Part shown: piece after piece, positions 27,659-35,303 of the stretch
Layout: the number at the start of each line of letters is the position of its first letter
Numbering within the stretch: position 1 is the stretch's first letter
Source: an uncultured Candidatus Saccharibacteria bacterium
GTDB taxonomy: Bacteria > Patescibacteriota > Saccharimonadia > Saccharimonadales > CAZICT01
Length of the DNA stretch: 64,000 nucleotides
NCBI GenBank assembly: GCA_964537935.1
Contig: CAZICT010000004.1
Coordinates: 24,760 to 88,759 of the forward strand
Direction: 5' to 3'
Translations under genes and position numbers: made by a program
The notes under the pieces: model-generated
The model's database searches: none
The model's input: only the letters and a program-made list of their open reading frames with translations
Told to the model about the DNA's origin: nothing

Positions 27659-28651
27659 ATGAAACTGCCTACGCTACGTAGAGTAGTAGCAACTGCGGGT
27701 GCTGGCGCAGCACTGTTTAGTTTGGTTGCGGTACCTACATTTGCGCAAACGCAACAAGCAGGAAATGGTTTTCGCATTTCCCCTGTCAGAAGTGAGTTCA
27801 CTATTCAGCCAGGACAGAGTGAGGTTTTATCGCTTACTCTAGAAAATCCATCAGATGGCTCAACGACAGCACGTGCAATAATTAATGATTTCGTTGCGAG
27901 TGATAAAGAAGATGGTGAGCCCCGGTTAATTCTTGATGAAAATGCCGAGGCACCAAAAAACAGTTTTCGATCACTGGTTCAACCTATAGAAGATGTTGAA
28001 TTAGGTCCTAGAGAGAAAAAAGACATTCCAGTAACAATCGCTGTGCCAGATGATGCAAATGCAGGCGGTTACTACGGGGCAATTCGTTTCGCACCAGTGC
28101 TGGAAGACAACCAGGATGGTAATGTCGGCCTTACTGCTAGCGTGGGGTCAATCGTGTTGGTTCGTGTTCCGGGCGACCTAAAGGAACAGCTTAATCTATT
28201 GGACTTATCTGCTGCTCAGAATAGCGAAATGAAGAGCTTCTTTACTGGAGGTGACATTTCCGTAATTACTCGGCTGGAAAACGCAGGCGATATACATGTG
28301 AAGCCTTTTGGCAAGGTAATCGTCAAAAACATGTTCGGCAATACAGTTGAGGAATTTGAGCTAAACAGCGGTGAAACTGAAGACGCACGAGCAAATATTC
28401 TACCTGGAAGTATCCGACGCTTTGAAAATGAACTGAGCAATAAAAAATGGTTTGGTCGGTACACAATTGAAGCAAGCCTTGGTTATAGCCAGGGAAGCGG
28501 CGAGTTGTTAATTGCACAGGCCTCATTCTGGTATCTGCCGGTATGGTCACTGATTGTGCTTGCTCTGCTTGTAGTCGGGCTTATTGGCCTAGGTTATTAC
28601 CTATACCTACGGTTTTCAGGCAAACCAAGACACGGTAAAAAGCGCAAATAA
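27659..28651 (+). CDS. signal-peptide, C-terminally TM-anchored Ig-like protein (DUF916/DUF3324-like)
   Basis: Signal peptide ending TFA-QT. FRISPVRSEFTIQPGQSEVLSLTLENPSD, GGYYGAIRF and IVLVRVPG blocks, then a second beta-rich half. TM helix VWSLIVLALLVVGLIGLGYYLYL and a basic tail GKPRHGKKRK. This is the architecture of the membrane partner in Firmicutes WxL loci. Confidence 0.6.
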   Translation: MKLPTLRRVVATAGAGAALFSLVAVPTFAQTQQAGNGFRISPVRSEFTIQPGQSEVLSLTLENPSDGSTTARAIINDFVASDKEDGEPRLILDENAEAPKNSFRSLVQPIEDVELGPREKKDIPVTIAVPDDANAGGYYGAIRFAPVLEDNQDGNVGLTASVGSIVLVRVPGDLKEQLNLLDLSAAQNSEMKSFFTGGDISVITRLENAGDIHVKPFGKVIVKNMFGNTVEEFELNSGETEDARANILPGSIRRFENELSNKKWFGRYTIEASLGYSQGSGELLIAQASFWYLPVWSLIVLALLVVGLIGLGYYLYLRFSGKPRHGKKRK

Positions 28652-28671
28652 GTTAACCGTTTAAAAACAAT

Positions 28672-28708
28672 AAAAGAGCCGGTAATTAAACCGGCTCTTT
28701 TAGTTTTT
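28672..28708 (+). terminator. intrinsic terminator
   Basis: A 12-bp perfect stem AAAAGAGCCGGT / ACCGGCTCTTTT with loop AATTAA, followed by AGTTTTTT. Confidence 0.8.
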
Positions 28709-28756
28709 TCGATTGCGCTTGAGCTATGCGCAAGAAATACGTACACTATAGTCAAG

Positions 28757-29644
28757 ATGTCCGCAAAAAAAATATTTGCAGCGATTACGTTGGCACTGCT
28801 CGTGTTACTGCCAGGCGTGGTTACTGCTCAGGTTGAAAACCCGCAAAGTGGTTCTGTTGGTTTGCAAGGCAGGATACCCTCCCCACCGCCAACCGTACCG
28901 GCCACTATTACCGTACCGGCCAATGGCCAGGGTTTTACTGAATTACCAATTACCGTTAGTGGCATCTGTCCGGAAAATCTATTGGTCAAGGTATTTAAAA
29001 ACAATGTTTTTGCCGGTTCGGTACAGTGCGAAAACGGCAGTTATTCTATAATTGTCGATCTTTTTAGTGGCCAGAACGAACTGGTAGCCCGTGTATATGA
29101 CGAACTTGACCAACCGGGGCCGGATTCCAACCTCGTAAATGTTGTCTATAACGATGATAGACAAGGAGCCGGTTCACGACCTACTCTTACCAGTAATTAC
29201 GCTAAGCGTGGTGCCAACCCTGGTCAAACGCTTACCTGGCCGATAATTCTTTCTGGTGGAACCGGGCCGTATGCTGTGAGTGTAGACTGGGGAGATGGTT
29301 CGGCCCCGGATCTGATTAGCCGTGAATTTGCGGGTGAGTTCGATATAACTCACGCTTATGACAGTCCCGGTGTGTACAATATTGTCGTTAAAGTGACCGA
29401 TACTAACGGATTAGTAGCCTTCTTACAGCTTGTTGGCGTGGCAAACGGTCCTTTAAGCCAAGATGATAATTCTACTGATGAAACCGACCCTGAAGCGGTT
29501 GGAGCCACCGAAACCAAAATTAGAATACTTTGGGAGCCGGCGGCCTTAATCGTGCCGTTCATTATTTCTACTTTTTGGCTCGGTAAGAAATACGAACTTA
29601 AGATGCTGCGCCGCCGAATCGAGCGCGGCGACCGCCCATTCTAG
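28757..29644 (+). CDS. signal-peptide Ig-like + PKD-domain protein with C-terminal TM anchor
   Basis: Signal peptide ending VTA-QV. PKD hallmark VSVDWGDGSAPD...THAYDSPGVYNIVVKVTDTNG. C-terminal TM helix PAALIVPFIISTFWLG followed by basic KKYELKMLRRRIERGDR. Confidence 0.72.
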   Translation: MSAKKIFAAITLALLVLLPGVVTAQVENPQSGSVGLQGRIPSPPPTVPATITVPANGQGFTELPITVSGICPENLLVKVFKNNVFAGSVQCENGSYSIIVDLFSGQNELVARVYDELDQPGPDSNLVNVVYNDDRQGAGSRPTLTSNYAKRGANPGQTLTWPIILSGGTGPYAVSVDWGDGSAPDLISREFAGEFDITHAYDSPGVYNIVVKVTDTNGLVAFLQLVGVANGPLSQDDNSTDETDPEAVGATETKIRILWEPAALIVPFIISTFWLGKKYELKMLRRRIERGDRPF

Positions 29645-29662
29645 GGTTTTTACCAAAAACCC
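29644..29662. terminator. hairpin at the stop codon of the PKD gene
   Basis: GGGTTTTT-acc-AAAAACCC, an 8-bp perfect stem. It has no separate U-tract, so this is weak. Confidence 0.3.
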
Positions 29663-30149
29663 AATCAAAACAGTTTCGCTGACTGCATTCATATGTTCTT
29701 TACAAAAGAACCAAATGTATGTCACTTTTTAATTCAGTAAAAAGTAACCAAAAACTGACAGGCGGTTACAAAACGAGTGATTGTTTCCAAGTACCAGCAG
29801 GCTACCGCGCCGGCACAATGCCAAGCAGCCGCTCGTATACTAAACACACGAAAACTCGCGGCCGAGTGCCGGCTCGACTCGGCAGCCTACTGACTGAAGG
29901 CATCTGTTTTGTAAAGCCTGAATAAACCCATGGCTAAAGGATTGTTTATCCGAAACGGCTTAAAGCCGTTTCGGTCTCACGCTTTTGCAGTCGCCTGTCG
30001 TTCTTTGCATGCTTTCTTACGACTAAGAAAGTATGGCGCCATAGTCCAGCGCAGCGGACGGCGAAAAGTAGTTTTGCTGGCACAAAATCTAACAAGACAT
30101 CTGGTTCTTTGGTAAAAATACTTAATTTATCTGTTAAAATACTCAGGTT

Positions 30150-31286
30150 ATGGATAAGAGTACACGGATGATGCATTTGGAGACGCCGCTAGGCGCTGCC
30201 GCTAGTAAGCAGGCTGGCGGGGTGGATCGGCCGTGTGTATATGTTGGGATGAGCGGTGGAGTCGACAGCTCCGTTACGGCCGCCTTGCTGAAAGAGCAAG
30301 GCTATAAGGTGGTGGGCGTGTATATGAAGAACTGGACTCAGGATCTGCCTGGTTTTGCATGCCCCTGGAAAGACGACTATCAAGACGCCAAACGAGTGGC
30401 GGTACAGCTTGGTATCGATTTTTTGATGTTTGATTTTGAGGAAGAGTATCGACAAAAAGTAGTCGATTACATGATTGACGAATACAAAGCCGGGCGAACT
30501 CCAAATCCTGACATTATGTGCAACCAGGAAGTGAAGTTTAAACTGTTCTTAGAGACTTCGCTGGAGCACGGCGCAGATATGATAGCTACCGGCCATTATG
30601 CCCGGATAGCGCGGAATGATGACCAAGGCCGGTTGTTGACTGCACTCAATAAAAACAAAGACCAAACATATTTCTTATACCGGGTAACAGAATTTGCTTT
30701 AAGTAAAAGCTTGATGCCGATTGGTGAATTTAAGACCAAAGAAGAAGTCCGAAGCCTGGCCAAAAAAATGAACTTAGCCACAGCCGATAAAAAGGATAGC
30801 CAGGGAATTTGTTTTGTCGGTAAGGTCGGTATCCGGGAGTTCCTGGAGCAATACGTCGAAACTGAAACCGGTGCAATTGTAGATGAAACCGGTAAAGTTA
30901 TCGGTGAACACGACGGTGCAATTTTCTATACCATAGGTCAGCGACATGGCTTAAATGTCGGCGGTGGTTTGCCTTATTACGTTACCGGTAAAAGTATGGA
31001 AAAAAACGAAGTTTATGTAACTACTGATTTGAACGATAAAAACTTATGGAGCCGTAAGCTAACACTCACTGACGTACATTGGATAAACGGTCAACCGGAT
31101 TTTGATAAATCTTATATGGTCAGAACCCGCCATAGGGCACCGCTCATCGAAGCTAGCTTGAATTGGGACGGTGATACGCTGGAAGCAAAGCTTTCAGAAG
31201 AAGTACGTGCGGTCACGCCGGGTCAATCAACGGTTATTTATGACGGCGAGCGTGTCTTGGGCGGCGGGATTATTACTCGTACCTAA
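30150..31286 (+). CDS. mnmA: tRNA-specific 2-thiouridylase MnmA
   Basis: PP-loop VGMSGGVDSSV, NPDIMCN, ATGHYAR, KDQTYFL and DSQGICFVG. The first 25 or so residues are an unusual extension, so the true start may be further downstream. Confidence 0.9.
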   Translation: MDKSTRMMHLETPLGAAASKQAGGVDRPCVYVGMSGGVDSSVTAALLKEQGYKVVGVYMKNWTQDLPGFACPWKDDYQDAKRVAVQLGIDFLMFDFEEEYRQKVVDYMIDEYKAGRTPNPDIMCNQEVKFKLFLETSLEHGADMIATGHYARIARNDDQGRLLTALNKNKDQTYFLYRVTEFALSKSLMPIGEFKTKEEVRSLAKKMNLATADKKDSQGICFVGKVGIREFLEQYVETETGAIVDETGKVIGEHDGAIFYTIGQRHGLNVGGGLPYYVTGKSMEKNEVYVTTDLNDKNLWSRKLTLTDVHWINGQPDFDKSYMVRTRHRAPLIEASLNWDGDTLEAKLSEEVRAVTPGQSTVIYDGERVLGGGIITRT

Positions 31287-31316
31287 CAACCACGCAGTAA
31301 GGTATGCTGTAAGTGT

Positions 31317-32480
31317 ATGAAAAGACCATTTGGTATTGCACTTTTGCTTACTGTTATAGTTGTTGTTGGCGCGTGGTGGCTATTCAACGATCCTAAGACG
31401 TCTCAGAATAATCAGACAGAATCGAATAACGGACCGACCGGCAAGCTTTCTCTTGAGGCAGACTTGGTTTTAGGAGGCTTAAACAAGCCCTGGGATATTG
31501 CTTTTTTGCCTGATAACACTATGCTGTTCAGTGAAAAATCAGGCGCAATCAGTATTTTCGCTGACGGCAGCAAAAGGCGTTTAATTGACATCAAGGATGT
31601 TTACGATACGGGCGAGGCCGGACTTATGGGTATAGCGGTTGATCCTGAGTTTGATAAAAACCACTATATTTATGCTTGCTACGCTACAAATAGCGACATC
31701 CGTCTGAGCCGTTGGACGTTCTCAGATAACAGTTTGGCACTAACTGACAAGCATGATGTTATCACCAATATTCCCTTGAACACAGGTAAGTTCCCGGGCC
31801 GTCATTCCGGTTGCCGCCCCCGGTTCGGTCCTGATGGAAATTTATGGGTTGGCACGGGTGATGCCGCTCAGAATACCAATCCCCAAAACCCAAAGAGCCT
31901 GGGAGGAAAAATTTTACGTGTTGACAGGGATGGGAATGCAGTCGACGGCAACATGCCTCCGCCATTTGATGAGCGCATTTATAGCTACGGTCACCGCAAT
32001 ATACAAGGCATAGCATTCTTACCGCCTCAGTTAAGCAGCGATGATGTAGCGGGTTATTCTATTGAGCACGGCACTAATCGGGATGATGAGATAAATCGTC
32101 TGATAACCGGCAACTTCGGATGGGAGCCAGGGCCGGCTTACGACGAATCTGCTCCGATGACCAATAGCAGCGCATTTCCTGATTCTATAGAAGCGGCCTG
32201 GTCATCCGGCAGGCCGACAATCGCACCGTCTGGCGGCACGTTCATTAGTGGTGAAGAGTGGGGTGTTTACGATGGCATGCTGGCGGTTGCAGTTCTAAAA
32301 GATCAACATATACGGCTGTTTTCTGTCGAAGGCGACAAAACCTTAAAAGTCCAAGAAGAGCTTTATAAAAAACAGTACGGAAGGATTCGGACTGTTGTTC
32401 AAAGCCCTGATGGTGGGCTGTATTTTTCAACCGATAACGGCAACGGTCGTGACGTCATTATCAGAGTGTATCCAAAGTAA
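31317..32480 (+). CDS. PQQ-dependent (soluble glucose/sorbosone-type) sugar dehydrogenase, signal-anchored
   Basis: N-terminal TM helix IALLLTVIVVVGAWWLF. Beta-propeller blocks LNKPWDIAFLPD, GLMGIAVDP, GRHSGCRPRFGPDGNLWVGTGD, GKILRV and YSYGHRNIQGIAF. Confidence 0.75.
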   Translation: MKRPFGIALLLTVIVVVGAWWLFNDPKTSQNNQTESNNGPTGKLSLEADLVLGGLNKPWDIAFLPDNTMLFSEKSGAISIFADGSKRRLIDIKDVYDTGEAGLMGIAVDPEFDKNHYIYACYATNSDIRLSRWTFSDNSLALTDKHDVITNIPLNTGKFPGRHSGCRPRFGPDGNLWVGTGDAAQNTNPQNPKSLGGKILRVDRDGNAVDGNMPPPFDERIYSYGHRNIQGIAFLPPQLSSDDVAGYSIEHGTNRDDEINRLITGNFGWEPGPAYDESAPMTNSSAFPDSIEAAWSSGRPTIAPSGGTFISGEEWGVYDGMLAVAVLKDQHIRLFSVEGDKTLKVQEELYKKQYGRIRTVVQSPDGGLYFSTDNGNGRDVIIRVYPK

Positions 32481-32501
32481 CTTCAAGGCTATTTAGATTA
32501 C

Positions 32502-32873
32502 CTATTTGGATAGATCAACGCGGCACTTGAATGTCTTTTTGCCATAGCGCTTGGACACAGCACCCCAGATTAACTGGAATGTCGTAGGGTTGGGACAGCG
32601 CTTTTGCAGAGCCTCGGCGCCCATAATTGTTATGGACTGTTCGATATCAAGTTCTCTTATTCGCTCATAGTAATAATCCAATAGTTTGTCATTTCTGACC
32701 TGCTTATACGGCTCTGGATACTCTTTATTCCCTTGGCTTATATTTCTTGATTCGATATCCAGTGCCTGCCGGCGCGCATCTATAACTGCGCATTCTTTTT
32801 CGGCACCGATTAAGAATTCGCAGCCCTCACACTCCGGCCGGGTAGCAAAGTATTCCATTTTATTACCATACAA
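32502..32873 (-). CDS. hypothetical Cys-containing protein
   Basis: 123-aa ORF convergent with the dehydrogenase gene. It has a CEGCEF...C...C pattern. I recognised no family. Confidence 0.45.
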   Translation of the reverse strand: MYGNKMEYFATRPECEGCEFLIGAEKECAVIDARRQALDIESRNISQGNKEYPEPYKQVRNDKLLDYYYERIRELDIEQSITIMGAEALQKRCPNPTTFQLIWGAVSKRYGKKTFKCRVDLSK

Positions 32874-32915
32874 CTTAATGGCAGTTTATGCAAAATCTGA
32901 TAGACTATAACAGAT

Positions 32916-34799
32916 ATGAATGCACAACAAATTCGAAACGCCTATTTTGAGTTTTTTAAAAACCGTGATCATGCGCTGATTCCCCGCGCACTGTTAGTGC
33001 CCCAAAATGACCCGACGACACTGTTTACAGGTTCCGGCATGCAACCGCTCATCCCCTATCTGCTTGGTGAACCACACCCCAAAGGCACCAGACTTGTTGA
33101 CAGTCAGACATGCCTTCGCGCCCAGGATATTGACGAGGTAGGTGATAACCGTCACACGACTTTCTTCGAAATGCTCGGTAACTGGTCGCTTGGCGATTAC
33201 TTTAAAAACGAACAATTAAGGTGGTTTTTTGAATTCCTTACCGATGTGGTCGGACTTGATCCAAATAAACTTTATGTCACAACTTTTATCGGTAATGAAA
33301 AGCACGGAATACCCAAAGACACGGAAAGTGCCCGCATATGGAAGGAGTTATTCGACGCTAAAGGTGTTGACGCCAAAGAGGCAGAAGTAGGCTCAGAACA
33401 AGATGGATATAAACGCGGCATAAAACCGGGAGAAAGAATATTTTATTATGACTCCAGCAAAAACTGGTGGTGTCGGGCAGGTGAGATCGACGACATGCCT
33501 ACCGGTGAACCGGGCGGACCTGACAGCGAGGTTTTTTACGAATTTGAGTCCGTAGAGCATGACACGAGCTGGGGAGAGAACTGCCACCCTAACTGTGATT
33601 GCGGCCGTTTTATGGAAATCGGCAACAGCGTATTTATGGAGTATGTTAAGACCGAAAACGGTTTTGAAAAATTACCAAAGCAAAATGTTGACTTTGGCGG
33701 CGGACTGGAACGTATCGCAGCAGCGGCCATTGATAGTCCTGACGTTTTTAAGATAAGTTTGATGTGGCCGATTATCGAGGTATTAGAGCGGTTAAGCGGC
33801 AAAAAATACGAAGAGTACCAAGAAGGCATGAGAGTAATCGCCGATCACTTGCGTGCCGCCACCTTTATGACAGTTGACGGTGTGGTACCAAGCAATAAGG
33901 CCCAAGGGTACGTCATGCGCCGCCTGGTAAGGCGGGCTATCCGTTTCGCATTTGATTTGGGCGTAGAGCAAAACTTTATGGAAAATGTAGTACCGATTAT
34001 TGCTAATCTTTATCATGAGGATTTTCCAGAGGTAGCCAAAAGCCGCAAAGAAGTACTGGCTATACTTGTGAAAGAAGAGAAAGCCTTCCGTCAGACTCTT
34101 AGGAAAGGCATCCGTGAATTTTCCAAGCTTACCGATGATGGACTGACCGGTAAGGAAATCTTTACCTTGTATGACACTTATGGTTTTCCCGTAGAGCTAA
34201 GCGTTGAAGAAGCGGCAAAACAACAGATTGCCGTAGCCAATGATTGGCAGGAAGAGTTTGATAAGCTGATGAACGAGCAACGTCAGCGCTCACAGACCGC
34301 TGCCAGAGGTACTTTCAAGGGAGGGTTGGGCGGACATAGCGACATGCACAAGAAATATCATACGGCTACGCATCTTATGTACCGGGCGCTTCGTGAAGTG
34401 TTGGGTGACCATGTCGTGCAGCGCGGAAGCAATATTACGGACGAACGTTTGCGGTTTGACTTTACTCATCCTGAAAAAGTAACCTCACAGCAGATTGCCC
34501 AAGTGGAAGATATCGTCAACGAGCGGATTGATATGGACCTCACTGTTTCATACGAAGAGATACCGACAAAAGAGGCGTTGGAGCGCGGGGCATACGGCGC
34601 ATTCGGTGATAAATACGGTGACACAGTCAAGGTTTATTCGATGAAAGACAAAGACGGTACTGCCTATAGCTTTGAAATTTGCGGCGGCCCGCACGTTGAT
34701 CATACCGGCGAGTTGGCCGAAAACGGCAAGCGTTTTAAGATAACCAAAGAAGAATCGTCCAGTGCCGGGGTTAGGCGCATAAAAGCCGTACTCGTTTAA
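32916..34799 (+). CDS. alaS: alanyl-tRNA synthetase, short form lacking the C-Ala domain
   Basis: N-terminal IRNAYFEFFKNRDHALIPRALLVPQNDPTTLFTGSGMQ. Editing-domain motifs HTATHLMYRAL and ICGGPHV. The protein ends right after SAGVRRIKAVLV. Confidence 0.92.
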   Translation: MNAQQIRNAYFEFFKNRDHALIPRALLVPQNDPTTLFTGSGMQPLIPYLLGEPHPKGTRLVDSQTCLRAQDIDEVGDNRHTTFFEMLGNWSLGDYFKNEQLRWFFEFLTDVVGLDPNKLYVTTFIGNEKHGIPKDTESARIWKELFDAKGVDAKEAEVGSEQDGYKRGIKPGERIFYYDSSKNWWCRAGEIDDMPTGEPGGPDSEVFYEFESVEHDTSWGENCHPNCDCGRFMEIGNSVFMEYVKTENGFEKLPKQNVDFGGGLERIAAAAIDSPDVFKISLMWPIIEVLERLSGKKYEEYQEGMRVIADHLRAATFMTVDGVVPSNKAQGYVMRRLVRRAIRFAFDLGVEQNFMENVVPIIANLYHEDFPEVAKSRKEVLAILVKEEKAFRQTLRKGIREFSKLTDDGLTGKEIFTLYDTYGFPVELSVEEAAKQQIAVANDWQEEFDKLMNEQRQRSQTAARGTFKGGLGGHSDMHKKYHTATHLMYRALREVLGDHVVQRGSNITDERLRFDFTHPEKVTSQQIAQVEDIVNERIDMDLTVSYEEIPTKEALERGAYGAFGDKYGDTVKVYSMKDKDGTAYSFEICGGPHVDHTGELAENGKRFKITKEESSSAGVRRIKAVLV

Positions 34800-34920
34800 T
34801 ATTTTTCCAAAAATTTACTGCAGACTTAAAAGTAATGAAGCGTTCTCGAAGTAATTTACTTGAACGATAGGATTATTAGTGTACATTTATTGCTTGGAAC
34901 GTAAAACTTGGAGACACATA

Positions 34921-35274
34921 ATGGCTAAAGAGCCTACTTTTGAAGAAATATTTAGCGCTCAGCGGGACAAACTTTGCCCGGATTTAAACGGTGGTTATAA
35001 CCCCTCAAAGCTTGGCGGCAAAGCTTATGTGTCAGGTGATAGCGTTGAGTTTGTGTTGCCTTTTATGCAGTCAGACGATCCGAACAAGCGTCAGCTGGCA
35101 ATCTCATTCTTTAATGCCGTAGTTGAGTATGGAAGGCGAAACGGCGGCGGTTTAAGCGAACGCGAAGCCCTGCTCGGTGACCGGGCTATAAAAGTTGGCG
35201 AAATGGCGCTTCTTGAAGACGTTATGGGGCAAACAACTCTGCAATATATCAACATCGCAACAAGGGCTGCGTAA
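34921..35274 (+). CDS. hypothetical protein
   Basis: I prefer the ATG at 34921 (GGAG 8 nt upstream) over the track start at 34879. 117 aa with no recognised motif. Confidence 0.45.
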   Translation: MAKEPTFEEIFSAQRDKLCPDLNGGYNPSKLGGKAYVSGDSVEFVLPFMQSDDPNKRQLAISFFNAVVEYGRRNGGGLSEREALLGDRAIKVGEMALLEDVMGQTTLQYINIATRAA

Positions 35275-35303
35275 TCAGTGCTTATGCTATACTTAAACCA
35301 ACT

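Noticed and set aside
29719-30115. Two small plus-strand ORFs (68 and 61 aa) in the 505-bp gap before mnmA
   Set aside because: They are Arg/Lys/Ser-rich with no RBS and lie in different frames. They resemble nothing I recognise, so the region is better explained as non-coding structured sequence.
29645-30149. Tested the gap for tmRNA, RNase P RNA and SRP RNA
   Set aside because: None of the three RNAs fits:
- tmRNA: there is no GGGG...5' end, no UCCACCA 3' end and no T-arm GGTTCGA, and no ...LAA-stop tag frame.
- RNase P: there is no GAGGAAAGTCC. Only a partial AACGGCTTA is present, and it is in the wrong order.
- SRP RNA: CCAAGCAGCC resembles the SRP GGAAGCAGCC, but the surrounding pairing and the GNRA loop are absent.

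The identity of this region therefore remains unassigned.
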